From positions 25,918,001 through 25,982,000 of the forward strand of contig NC_086109.1 of assembly GCF_963921235.1 (NCBI RefSeq): DNA of 64,000 nt, given 5' to 3'. The notes under the pieces are model-generated. The model saw only the letters and a list, made by a program, of their open reading frames with translations. It made no database searches and had not been told where the DNA came from. The position numbers were made by a program, and so were the translations under genes. Positions 49,700 through 63,200 of this stretch are shown here, piece after piece; position 1 is the stretch's first letter; each line of letters starts with the position of its first letter. This stretch comes from Mobula hypostoma (taxonomy: Eukaryota).

Positions 49700-52279
49700 G
49701 TAAGTTTCCATCTCTTGCCATGCGGATTGTCGTTCTGTTTTTCCACTATCACTCCCGCGTAATAAGCCTTGTTATAATCCAGGCAGTTATTTCCAATGTT
49801 TCGAAGATCCGATCTTGCTTCGGAAATTTCATTTACTTTTGCCACCTCTGCTTGGTTGTTAACAGAGATCTATATAGTTGGCGATTTTATTTACCATCCT
49901 GCCCATTCATCGCATCATTGCATGATAGATTTCTGAACCACCGCATATCCATCGCATGTGTGTTCAAAGTTATTTTGTGTTGTAGAGTTATGGATCCATG
50001 GCAGAAGATGATTTGCAATAAGAAATTCTTAGAAATGCATCATTTATGTTTGTGAAGGAAATCTTCAAAATCTGCCTACAGTTTTAAAGTCACTGGATAA
50101 CAGCTGTTTTTCCTACTTTAGTTGATCAACAATTAATGTTACATTACTGGTTTGATATTGACCGGCAGATTGAAGCCTTCAATATATTACCGTTATTATT
50201 TTAACAACAGTTGCTCAATGTTGTTACTGACTTTTCCATTAAATATATATTCCAATAGAACTGGTAATAAGAAAACTACCATGAACATTTTCGGCCTGTA
50301 GTTGAGGTTAATGCGAACCCCTTCTTCAAAATTTATTACATTATTTGAACTTCAGAAGCTCAGATATGCATTTGAAGATCACAAATGCTTTGAATGCTAT
50401 TATAGTGACAAGTGATCTGGCTACACCTTCATGCCCCCTATCGCTACCCCTTCCTCAAAGCAAAAGTAGAGCCCAATTATTGGAATAATTTTTCACATTT
50501 CCTCCATTGGTTGGTACGTGCATGGGCATACCAGACTTAAGTTCCCATAAAGCAATATTTTTAGTAGTTACAGCAACAGGTCACCACCATATCCAATTGC
50601 TAATTATGTGAACACATATCAGTGGGAACAACTAATAGATGACTCATTCACTACCTTACTGAAGGCTTGACAATTTACTAGAAGAATTACATATGATAGT
50701 AAAAATGTAGACAGTATTTAGTCTCAGAAGACTAAAATATATAGAAAATTCACTATGTAAAATAATAATAAGAATTGAATGGGTTGGAATAGTGAGTGAT
50801 CAGTATAATATAATACTTAAAATTAAATAATTTGAAGAAAATCATTTTTCTTGAAATTCTGCCTTTAAAATACACACACACATAATCTGAAATTTTACTA
50901 CTCCATTTTACTTACTATCAAAATTAAGATTTAGTGTTGCAATTATGAGGAGTTTAGGCAGAACAGACAACAAAGAATAAATCTTTAGTGAAATCACATG
51001 GGGCTTTATATGAAGTGCGTACATCCAATCGTTTGGCACGTGAATTGATGAGACAATTGATGAGAGTGATTGATGAGGCAATTGTATCAGAATGCCTCAT
51101 TTCCCATAATAGTTTTGCAGCACCAATATTTAGTAACATTTGTCAGGGCTCTGCAAGTGATATGTAGGTATCTTGAGACATGCCTCATAAAGCTGAGCTT
51201 TCTCATTCGTAGTTTGAGTGTGCCATTGACTGCACAATGATCTGGGCACATCTTCTACCTGATGGTTCCTTCAGCCTACTTCATCTTTCAAAGCTAACCC
51301 AGAACGTATCTGAAAAAAGTGCTAGCAAAATGCAGCTGAACAGGCTTCAACTGTACAGGATTCAGCTGTCACCAGAAAAGTCCTCTTTACTGCAAATAAT
51401 CACACATGGTGTTCAAATGGCTCTCTGAGCTTTTTGTATAAACCTCAAGTTTTTTATATAAAAAGAAAACAACTGTGTTGAGTAGTTAGGTAGTATGATC
51501 ACAGAAACAGCATTATGCATGTCAGTCATGATGAACTAGCATGAAGTTATGAGATGTCTTTATTACACAATTGTCACAGGTGCTCCTATATTCAAAATAC
51601 AATGAAAAAACACATAATCAGATGTTAGAGCCATCCATTGCCCCAGAAATAATGCCCGCAATGTACATTCCTTCTTTTAACAGTGGAGGACCATTTCATC
51701 ATGGCTACCCCACAATCTCTTCATGATACTTATTCCAGTTTCATTGCCTTAAATGTTAACTGTTTTTCTAATCACAAATGCTTCCTGTGCTGCTGAGTAA
51801 CTCCACTGTTTTCCAGTCTTATCTCTGTTTTTCAACTTCTGTAGTTTAAGTTTCCTTACCAACAAAATCTGACCTTGTAGCTTTGCCAGACATTAATTTA
51901 TTAAAAATAATGGTTGCGTACAGTGCTCATTTGTGTGAAATATGTCATGAACCCTGTACAAAATGTAAATAAGGTGAACAACATGGTTATTTTTATCACA
52001 CCACCATAATGTGTCCTTAACCCTAAGCCCAAGAGAGATCTGGAATGGCTTGTAGTCATCTTACAGCAAACTGGACCTGCCTAAAGAGAGGATGGGTCAT
52101 TTGGTGTATCAGCTCTTCAATTTCAAAATGATCAATCTAATTTCTCCTCTCGGCCGGTGCATAAGACTGTAAGAATTCAGAGCAGTTACAATCCATTTGG
52201 TTCTTTGAGCTTGCTCTGTCATTCATCAAGACTGATCTTCTACCTCGGTACCTTTGATTTGCATGGTGCCATCCTTTGA

Positions 52280-53210
52280 ATGCAATCAGTGACCAAGTCT
52301 CCACAATCCTTCAGAGCAAAGAATTTCAGGGAGATTTTCCACTTCTGGAGTGAAGAAATGACTTCTCCATCCCTGATGGTGCACAACTTATTCTGAGACT
52401 CTGCTACTTGGTTCTAGACTGCTCAGCCAGAGGGAAAATTCTCCCAGCATCCTACCTGTTGAGTTTGAAATAAGTTTGAACACTTCAATGAGATTTCTTC
52501 TACATTTTTAAATTCTAGGGAATACAGCCTGGTCTATTGAATTTCCTGTGGGAAATGCACATTCTCAGAACCAGACTAATGAATCTTCCCTGCACCCATT
52601 TTGATAAGCATGTCCTTTATTAATGAAGGAGATCAAAAACTGAATACAATGGTCTCGGTGCAAAAGTTCCCATTTAAGTGCAGTAATAGAGAGCATCATC
52701 CTGTTTGCTATTCTAATGTTTGCTGTTTCTGCTTGATGTCTTTCAGTGACCTCTGCCCCAGGTCACTTCAAACTTCAGTATTACTCAAACTCTAAATAGT
52801 AAAAATACTCTGTTTTTCTATTTTGTACATCAACATTAATAACTTCATATTTCTCATTATATTCCATCTGCCACATTTTCACCCACTTATTCAATCCTCT
52901 ATGCTCTAATGAAGCCTAGAGTCATAGAGTCAAAGAGACGTACAACACAGGAACAGGCCCTTTGGCCCATCTTGGCCATGCCAAACCTATTTAAACTGTC
53001 TACTCCCATTGACCTGCACTGGGACCATAGTCCTCTATATCCCTACTATCCATGTACCTATTCAAACTTGTGCTGCCCACTTGTGCTGGCAGTTCATTCC
53101 AAACTCTCATGACCCCCTTGAGTGAATAAGTTTCCCCTCATGTTCCCCTTAAACTTCTTACCTTTCACCCTGAAGCCATAACCTTTAGCTGTAGTCCCAC
53201 CCAACCTCTG
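52280..53210 (-). mobile_element. Old CR1 fragments (two pieces)
   Basis: Reverse-strand CR1 C-terminal and 3' UTR similarity, heavily decayed. Confidence 0.5.
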
Positions 53211-53746
53211 TATATCTGTACAGCCTCTGTACATTTTCCTCCCTACTCAAAGATAAGATTATAAGCCAATATGGTGTTATGGTCTACTCAAATATCATGT
53301 AAATCTTAGATCAAGTATGACATTTACATTGGTTAATTTACTGATTAAGTGCTGGAATAGCTGAGACCTGAACAGCAATCCCAGTACTATTCACAGCCTG
53401 CCACCCAAAAATACAACATAGAAAGAACACAGAAAACCTACAGCACAATACAGGACCTTCAGCCCACAAAGCTGTACCGAACATATCCATACCATAGAAC
53501 TACCTAGGCTTACCCATAGCCCTCTATTTTTCTAAGCTCCATGTATCCATCCAGGAGCCTCTTAAAAGACCCTATCATTTCCACCTCCACCACCACTGCT
53601 GGCAGCCCATTCCACGCACTCACCACTCTCTGCATAAAATACTTACCCCTGACATCTCCTCTGTACCTTCTTCCAAGCACCTTAAAACTAGGTCCTCTCG
53701 TGCTAGCCATTTCAGCCCTGGAAAAAGCCTCTGACTATCCACACAA

Positions 53747-55965
53747 TTTTTTCAATATTTTTATTAGCTTCCACAGAAAGATGCAGAGTAAAAGAAAGTA
53801 TATATAAAGGTTGAAGAAAAAAATTACCAATTACATTATATCCATTCATAATAACAATCTCATTGCCCCGTATTCATGTAGGTTAGTCAAAGTTATATTG
53901 AAATATACTAAATTATTACAAAAAAAAAAGAATCTAACCCCTACCAAGTTCGAAGCTGTTTATTAAGGAGGAAAAAAAACCTTCTCATATAATAAAAATT
54001 AATATTAGCCAACATCTAAATTTAAACAACAAATTGAGGGCTTTGAAAGTTTTGAAAATAATTCAGTTTTTATAATATCTGAGGTTATTCTAACATTGTA
54101 TTTCCAAAAGACTTCCAGATGAGAGCAATTCCAAAGCATATGAAGTGAGTTTCCGTCAGAAGATTTACATCTCTGACAATTAGGAGAGGCATTATGATAT
54201 ATTTTGTGCAGTCTATGTGGAGTGTAGTAGGTCCTGTTAAAAATATTAAACTGTATTTGTCGATGTTTAGTTGAAATTAATACAGTTTGAGATATTTGAA
54301 GGATATTACACCAATCAGCATCATTGTAATTGCATTCAAGATCTGATCCCCACTTATTTTTGGTATCACTCTTAGTATAGATTGGCAAGTTACTGTTTAA
54401 AATAAAACAAATAAATAAATAAATAAGACCCTTTGTAGTGTACGGGGCTTCACTAAGCAAGTGCTTTTCAAAACGGGATTCTATTGGAATTTGTGGATAG
54501 CCTGTATAACTGTTAGGGACCCAGTGTCTAATCTGAAAATATTTAAATAAATTATGATTTGGTAGATTAAATTTACCAGACAATTTTTGAAAACTGGCAA
54601 AGTTAACTTGGCTATAACCACAGATATTATAAAAACCGAAATTTCATTTGATTTGGATTTTGGGAGATCTACAAGGTCTTAATGTGAACTACAATAAAAA
54701 ATACTTTATATTGCTTGTGGCTGGGAAAAGTGTATCCTACAAAACTGGAAATCTGAATTTCCTCCCTCAGTCAGGCAGTGGTTAAATGAGTTAACATCCT
54801 GTAGTAAACCTGAAAAGATCTTGTATAGTGTGAGGAGGAAACCAGCAACATATGAAAAGATCTGGTGCTCATTTTTGGCCTTATTACCATCATTACACCC
54901 CCTCAGTTACTGAATTAGTATGGATACCCGCCTTCCCGTACTTCTACTATCTGCTTAGTGTAGTAATATATACTTCATTAATACACATTAGGACCTCATA
55001 CCTTACTTGATTGAATTTTATTTTTGCTATTTTTCAATTGGGAACGAGGAAGAAATTTTTACCATACCAGGGTTATGGGTGGGTGGGGGGGGGGGGGAGG
55101 GAGTATTTTGTTTTTTGTTTGTTTTTTTTTTCTTATGTGTATCTGAAAAATAAAGCATTTTTTGTGCTTCAATAAAAAAAATCTATATAAAAAAAAGAAA
55201 ATAATTCAGAAAGGGTCCCAAAATGTTTGAAAGTCTTGACGAGATTCAGAAATTGAACAACGAATCTTCACTAAATCTAAGCGTGATGTAACATCGCATA
55301 ACCATTGAGCATGAGTAGGAGGAGAAACATCTTTTCATTTAAACAAAAGCACCCTCCTAGCTATAAGAGAGCTAAAGGCCAAAATGTGTCTTCAACTTGA
55401 TATCTTGTCCTACAACAATACCGAATAGGGCCGTCAGAGGATTAGGCTTAAAATTGACTTTGAAAAGTAAAGGAAAAGTTTGAAAAACTTCTTCCAATAT
55501 TTTTCAAGACATGGACAAGTCCAAAACATATGAATTAACAAAGCTTCTCAATTATTGCATCTGTCACAGTAGGGAGATATATCCGAATAAAAGCAAGATA
55601 GTTTATCTTTAGTCATATGGACTCTATGTACCACCTTAAATTGTATGAAGGAATGGCGAGCACATAGCGATGATGTATTAACCAGTTTAAAATTTTCATT
55701 CCAAGTTTCCTCAGATATTGATGTCTGTAAGTCTTGTTCCCAGAGATTCTTAACTTTGTCTAAAGGAACATTCCTCGTCTTCAGTAAAATACCATAAATA
55801 TTAGATATTGAACCATTATAAAAAGGTGTCAAATTAAAAATTACATCTAGTAAGTTCTTATCTAAGCTTATAGGAAATGTGCATTATTGAGATCTTAGAA
55901 AGTCTCTAATGTGTAGATATCTAAAAAAGTGAGTTTTGGGTAGGTTATATTTAGCTGACAATTGC
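53747..55965 (-). mobile_element. 5'-truncated L1-clade element (ORF2 C-terminus, 3' UTR, A-rich tail) split by a second L1
   Basis: WEQDLQTSISEETW...IQFKVVHRVHMT...CDRC (55548-55832); T-rich tail at ~53747-53766. Confidence 0.8.
54067..55196 (+). mobile_element. 5'-inverted (twin-primed) L1-clade insertion with 13-bp TSD
   Basis: Minus-strand ORF2 piece (QFNIFNRTYYTP...CQRC...HMLWNC) 54067-~54613; plus-strand continuation from ~54614 to AATAAA/poly(A) ~55171-55196; TSD GAAAATAATTCAG at 54054-54066 and 55197-55209. Confidence 0.85.
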
Positions 55966-58900
55966 TCAAATAAAAAAAATTTCCTGCAACAAACTTATCC
56001 CTAACATTTCCTCTGGACCTACTTCCAAGCACCTTAGAATTATGCCCATTGTGCCAGCCATTTCAGCCCTGGGGAAAAGCCTCTGACTATCCACATGATC
56101 AATGCCTCTCATTATCTTGTACACTTCTATCAGGTCATCTCTCGTCCTCTGTCGTTCCAAGGAGAAAAGGCCGAGTTCACTCAACCTATTCTCATAAGGC
56201 ATGCTCCTCAATCCAGACAAAATCTTTGCAAATCTCCTCTGCACCCTTTCTATGCTTCCACGCCCTTCCTGTAGTGAGGTGACCAGAATTGAGAACAGTA
56301 CCCCAAGTGGGGTCTGACTAGGGTCCTATATAGCTGCAATATTACCTCTCGGTTCTTAAACTCAATCCCACAGTTGATGAAGGCCAATGTTCCGTATGCC
56401 TTCTTACCCACAGAGTCAACCAGCATGGCAGCTTTGAGTATCCTATGGACTCGTACCCCAAGATCCCTCTGATCCTCTACACTGCCAAGAGTCTTACCGT
56501 TAATGCTATATTCTGCCATCATATTTGACCCACCAAAATGAACCATCTCACACTTATCTGGGTTGAACTCCATCCGCCACTTCTCAGCCCAGTTTTGCAT
56601 CCTATCAATGTCCCATTGTAACCTCTGACAGCCCTCCACACTATCCACAACACACCCAACCTTTGTGTCATCAGCAAATTTACTAACCTATCCCTCTACT
56701 TCCTCATCCAGGTCATTTATAAAAATCAGTAAGAGTAGGGGTCCCAAAACAGATCTTTGAGGCACACCACTGGTTACCAAACTCCATGCAGAATATGACC
56801 CATCTACAGCCACTCTTTGCCTTCTGTGGGCAAGCCATTTCTGGATCCACAAAGCAATGTCCCCTTGGATCCCATGCCTCCTTACTTTCTCAATAAGCCT
56901 TGCATGGGGTATTTTATCAAATGCCTTGCTGAAATCCATATACACTACGTCTACTGCTCTACCCTCATCAATGTGTTTAGTCACATCCTCAAAAATTTCA
57001 ATCTGGCTCGTAAGGCACGACCTGCCTTTAGCAAAGCCATGCTGACTATTCCTAATCATATATTATGCCTTTCCAAATGTTTATAAATCCTGCCTTTCAG
57101 GATCTTCTCCATCAACTTACCAACCACTGAAATAAGACTCACTGGCCTATAATTTCCTGGGCTATCTCTACTCCCTTTCTTAAATAAGGGAACAACATCC
57201 GCAACCCTCCAATCCTCTGGAACCTCTCCCATCCTCATTGATGATGCAAAGGTCATCACCAGAGGCTCAGCAATCTTCTCCCTTGCTTTCCACAGTACTC
57301 TGAGGTACATCCTGTCCAGTCCTGGTGACTTATCCAACTTGATGTTTTCCAAAACCTGCAGCACATCCTCTTCCTTAATATTTACATGCTCAAGTTTTTT
57401 AGTCTGCTGCAAGTCATTCCTATAATCGCCAAGATCCTTTTCTGTAGTGAATACTGAAGCAAGATATTCATTAAGTACTTCTGCTATCTCCTCTGGTTCC
57501 ACACTCACTTTTCCACTGTCACAGTTGATTGGTCCTATTCTCTCACGTCTTATCCTCTTGTTCTTCACATACTTGTAGAATGCCTTGGGGTCTTCCTTAA
57601 TCCTGTCCACCAAGGCCTTCTCATGGCCCCTTCCGGCTCTCCTAATTTCATTCTTAAAAATAATTTATTTATTTCCACCATTTGTTTTCTGTTTGATAAC
57701 CAAATCTCAGTATGTTACTGCCAACAGTATGTCACCAGGTGCTCTAATTTAATGATCTACAGTATCTTCTGTATGAGACCTTATCAAAGACAGTGTCAAA
57801 ATCCAAAAACAAAACATACGATGGTTCCTTCTAATCTTCACTTGTCACGTGCTCAAAGAACTTCAGCAGAAATATTTTGTCATTACATCCTTCATTTCAG
57901 CATATAGCATTTTCTCTATTATTGGTGTTAAATCAACACACCAACAGCTTATTTTTTTTCTTATTGCTCCTTAAATAGTGGGCTCACATTTGCTGTCATC
58001 TGATCCACAAAAACTATTCCAGAACCTTTTGACATTTTGAAGACAGTGAAGTGTTCATCGCCTCTTTCCAAAGTCTAGGATGTTAATCATTAGATTCTTG
58101 CATTTGATCAACTTTTAGATTGACATTTAGTTAGTAATTTCTTTAACTTCCACTTTTTCATTATGTGTTTGCTCCGTGCAATTCTTGGCAGTTTCTGTGC
58201 ACCCTCTTCCATGAATACAGACAGAAAGTAGTTGTTTAACTCAGTCAACATGTCCTTATTCTAGATATAAATTCTCTGTTTTCAGTCTGCATTTCATTTG
58301 TCACAGCTCGGGCTCTTGGTACAGGTTCTCCTTTAAAAACTACAAACTGACTAATCCAGCATTGTTCTCTTCAGATTTTGAATGTAAGTTACAAGATTTC
58401 GTTGCCGCATACCTTACCTTAGCACATCTCTGCCTGTAGTTCATCCTGCATGGTTTCCAATAAAATTTCTGTTGAAGAGTCTCTGACCAGAAATGTCAAG
58501 TCTGTTTTTCTTCCCACAGATACAGCAGGCCTGCTGAGTATTTACAGCATTTTCTGTTTTCATCCAAGTCCACATTCACCAGACAGTTTTATCTGTGCCT
58601 ACTGCCTGTGCAACCAAAAGTGTAGGTCCTGGTAGTTTCAACGTCACCCACCACTGCTCATTTATTATTGCAAATTAACTTACGACCAACTACCATTTTA
58701 TTTTAATTTGTTCTTTTCAAATATTCCCTTGTCATGCTGTTGCAACTTATACGTAGCAATATATTCTTTATTCCTGTCTTCTATTCTAATTTCCTTCACT
58801 CGTCTGCTTACATTCCTAACCATATATCCCCTTGCTATTGGTTCTCCAATTAGTAGTAGTTATTCTTAAATAAATGATTGAATATTTTAAAAGAAATTTT

Positions 58901-59539
58901 ATTTGATTAGCTACAGAGAGACAACCAAATCATCAGACTTTATGATAATGCTATTTAAACATATTTATCGGGTTTTGCTGTATATCGAAAGTTCATGTGT
59001 GCAGATTTTATTCCAATAGAATGCAATTTATTATAAATCTGAGCAATCACAATCATAATGGCAATCTCAACATGTACGTATTAATAGTTATTTCTTGCCA
59101 AGGCAAATACCCACAATGGCTGTCCAGCTAGTTGCACACACAAGCAATAACATATCATCAGAATTGTTAGCACAATCACATGAATCACATATACGACAGC
59201 AGTAAGCAATGTCACCACACTTTACAGGTCACTCACTTGAGAAAGAAAGTTCGTTGCCTTTAATGATTATGATAACAAGAAATAAACTATAAAAATAATT
59301 TTGCTGATCCGTTACAATTCTTGACAAGTATCTTCTTCACGACAGTTCTCAGCACTTTAAATCTGATTGCCCTTGAAAGTCTTATGAATTTGTCTAGCAG
59401 TATGTTAGCAAATGAACTTCAATTTTGATAAGTGTGAAATAGAACATTTCAGAAGAGAGACAAGTAAGTTCAAGTAATTAAATAAAACTGAAATTTACCA
59501 AGTAATGTTTATTTATGAAATGAAAGACATAAAGAATTT

Positions 59540-60580
59540 TGGCAAAACTCATCTCACCTGTCATGTGCAGCTGGATCCTGGACTTCCTGTCAAATCGCCG
59601 GCGGGTGGTAAGAGCGGGCTTCCTCATGTCCACCCCTCTGACCCTCAACATGGGAGCCCCTCATGGCTGTGTACTAAGTCCCCTCCTTTACTCCCTGTAT
59701 ACCCATGACTGTGTCGCCATCCACAGCTCTAATCTTCTGCTAATTAAATTTGCCGACGACACTACCTTGATTGGACTTATCTCAAACAAAAACGAGGTGG
59801 CCTGTAGGGAAGAAGTCATCTCTCTGACACAGTGGTGTCAAGAAAACAACCTCTCCCTCAAAGTCGCAAAAACGAAGGAGCTGGTTGTGGATTACAAGAG
59901 GAATGGAGATGGGCTAACCCCTATTGACGTCAAAGCATCTGGGGTTGAAAGGGTAAACAGCTTTAAGTTCCTCGGCGTCCACATCACCGAGGACCTCACA
60001 TGGTCTGTACATACCAGCTGTGTGGTGAAAAAGGCACAACAGTGACTCTTTCACCTCAGACAGTTGAGGAAGTTTGGTATGGGTCCCCAAATCCTAAGAA
60101 CTTTCTACAGGGGCACAATTGAGAGCACCCTGACTGGCTGCATCACTGCCTGGTATGGGAACTGTACCTCCCTTAATTGCAGGACTCTGCAGAGAGTGGT
60201 GCGGACAGCCCAGCGCATCTGTAGTTGTGAACTTCCCATGATTCAGGACATTTACAAAGACAGATGTAAGAAAAGGGCCCAAAGGATCATCGGGGACCTG
60301 AGTAACCCCAACCAGAAACTATTCCAGCTGCTATGATCTGGGAAACGTTACTGCAGCATAAAAGCCAGGACCACAGGCTCCGGAACAGCTTCTTCCATCA
60401 GGCCATCAGACTGATTAACTCACGCTGATCTGAGTGCATTTCTATGTTGTATTGACTGTTCTATTTATTATAAATTATTATAAATTACTATGGTTGCACA
60501 TTGCACATTTAGATGGAGACATAATGTAAAGACTCCTCATGTACATGAAGGACGTAAGAAATGAAGTCAATTCAATTCAT
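59540..60580 (+). mobile_element. Rex1-type LINE 3' part
   Basis: WILDFLSNR, GAPHGCVLSPLLYSLYTHDC, KFADDTT, FYRGTIES; (AATTC)n tail. Confidence 0.87.
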
Positions 60581-61964
60581 TTCTAATGTTCTTTTGATCC
60601 TTGCTCAAACTGACATATGTATGATTCTACACACACCAAGGTGATTGACTCAATCTCCTCAGTTCAATGGGAAACCAAGTATGGACAATAAGTGCCAGCT
60701 TTGTCAGCAACATTCACATCTTGTGAGCAAGTAAATAAAACAATGCATTTCCTTGGAAAAGAATGATTACATTTAATCTACAAGAGCACATACACTGTAG
60801 GCTTAAGTATAATATGGAGTGGACAACCCCATCTGTCAGGATCAATTGCTCACTTCCATTTCAATCACAAGTTTAAATTGTTTTTGGAGTTTATTGGTTG
60901 AAGCAAGGTGAGAACAAAAAAAAAGACTGAGGAGAACCAGAGGAAAACACTCCAATAATTACTAATGCTTTCTTCCTTCTGCAAACATGTGGTTAGAGTT
61001 TAACGAGAAGAGGGAAGGCTTGTACTTAGGGGTGACCTTAGAGAATAATTTGACCAATGATTTTTGCATGTCTAATTTATCTCCTGTTCTGATCTACCAG
61101 AACTACAAAGTCTGCATGAATGAAGAGACCCAGAGCGTTGCATCAAATTATGTTAGTCTGGTAGTACAAGTGCCGCTTGAGACTGACAAAGTGAACACCT
61201 TCATCACCTGCATTCTCCCTGGTTCCTAAAAAACTTTTCCATAATCATTTACGTGATCTCCAATGCCAGTCAAACACAAATAGATAAGATAGTTGCTGCT
61301 GGCTATTTGCCAGAGCAATCCTTCACGGGCACTTTTCTGTTGTTGAGGCCAATCATGAGTGAGCGTTTGATTTTGTGGATTTGCACGTCTTTCCATAAGT
61401 GCAGGGTGTCATCAGCTAGACATCCAGGACCACTCATCAATGGCATAGACTCCATTTATTCAATGTGAATTGTAAATAGATGGATGCATAGATGTGTGTA
61501 AGATTTTTCGGAAGCCACTGTGATGAATTTTGCTAACAAAGCGACTTTCTGTCTGGCTCCTCCAAGACAATGGGTATCCAGTTTTGATTCGTTTACCCCA
61601 TATATTTCCTTATGACATAGAAGGTCATTTTGGACTGATGGGCCTTTGCTGGCTTACAGAGCAATCCTATTTCCCGGTAATTTTCCTTGTGATCTATTGT
61701 CGCTTATGGGATGAGCTGATGGAAAGGTGGAAGAATAAAATAGGATTGCTGTAAATGGGCGATTGGATGACAAAGACTTCGGGACCAAATGGCTTGTTTC
61801 GGTGTTGTATGAATTAATAATTACTCCCATATTCTACCGCTCATCTATACAAAAGAGGCAAATACCATAATCAATTAACCTACCAAAATAAAATGAAATG
61901 TGAGTTTTGCTTTACATAGTTGAGGAACTGAACCAGCAAAGAATAGGAGAATTCTAATACGACA

Positions 61965-62945
61965 TAGTCATAGTCATAGTCATACTTTTATTGATCCGGA
62001 GGGAAATTGGTTTTCATTACAGTTGCACCATAAATAATTAAATAGTATTAAAACCATAAATAATTAAATAGTAATATGTAAACTATGCCAGTAAATTATG
62101 AAATAAGTCTAGGACCAGCCTATTGGCTCAGGGTGTCTGACCCTCCAAGAGAGGAGTTGTAAAGTTTGATGGCCACAGGCAGGAATGACTTCCTATGACG
62201 CTTTGTGTTGCATCTCGGTGGAATGAGTCTCTGGCTGAATGTACTCCTGTGCCCACCCAGTACATTATGTAGTGGATGGGAGACATTGTCCAAGATGGCA
62301 TGCAACTTGGACAGCATCCTCTTTTCAGACACCACCGTCAGAGAGTCCAGTTCCATCCCCACAACATCACTGGCCTTACAAATGAGTTTGTTGATTCTGT
62401 TGGTGTCTGCTACCCTCAGCCTGCTGCCCCAGCACACAACAGCAAACATGATAGCACTGGCCACCACAGACTCGTAGAACATCCTCAGCATCGTCCGACA
62501 GATGTTAAAGGATCTCAGTCTCCTCAGGAAATAGAGGCGGCTCTGACCCTTCTTAAAGGCCGCCTCAGTGTTCTTTGACTAGTCCAGTTTGTTGTCAATT
62601 CATACCCCCAGGTATTTGTAATCCTCCACCATGTCCACACTCACCCCCTGGATGGAAACAGGGGTCATCGGTACCTTAGCTCTCCTCAGGTCTACCACCA
62701 GCTCCTTAGTCTTTTTCACATTAAGCTGCAGATAATTCTGCTCACACCATGTGACAAAGTTTCCTACCGTAGCCCTGTACTCAGCCTCATCTCCCTTGCT
62801 GATGCATCCAGCTATGACAGAGTCATCAGAAAACTTCTGAAGATGGCAAGACTCTGTACAGTAGTTGAAGTCCGAGGTGTAAATGGTGAAGAGAAAGGGA
62901 GACCAGACAGTCCCCTGTGGAGCCCCAATGCTGCTGATCACTCTG
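61965..62945 (-). mobile_element. Rex1-type LINE 3' part, near-identical to 1-850
   Basis: GAPQGTVWSPFLFTIYTSDF, KFSDD, MFYESVVASAIMFAVVCWG; (CATAGT)n tail at ~61963-61984. Confidence 0.88.
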
Positions 62946-62999
62946 ATCATAATTGAGCAAGTTAGCAAATCCAGTATCAAATTGGTTATTTTGATTAAA

Positions 63000-63200
63000 A
63001 GATACAAAATGCTGGAGGAACTCAGTAGGTCTGGCAGGCCTGGTAGCATTTAAAGAGGGAAATAACAATTGATGTTTCAATCCCAGATTCTTCTTTGGGA
63101 CCAAAATGTTGACTGTTTGTTCCCTTCTATAGATGCTGTCCGATTTGCTGAGTTTCTCCAGCAGTTTGTATGTGTTGCTCAAGATCTCCAGCATCTGCAG
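63000..63200. mobile_element. Older Penelope-derived hairpin element
   Basis: AAAATGCTGGAGGAACTCAG... / ...CTGAGTTTCTCCAGCAG arms plus CCAGCATCTGCAG tail, like 14571-14762. Confidence 0.6.

Larger units (their letters stand above)
53415..57655 (-). mobile_element. CR1 LINE (RT ~55990-57655; 3' end ~53415-53743) interrupted by L1 sequence
   Basis: [52 protein letters not shown]. Confidence 0.88.

Noticed and set aside
49222..50055. 277-aa ORF as the complete LHFPL protein
   Set aside because: Starts at a GTG before the real ATG and runs past the GTAAGT donor at 49700 into intron; homology ends at MQLAS
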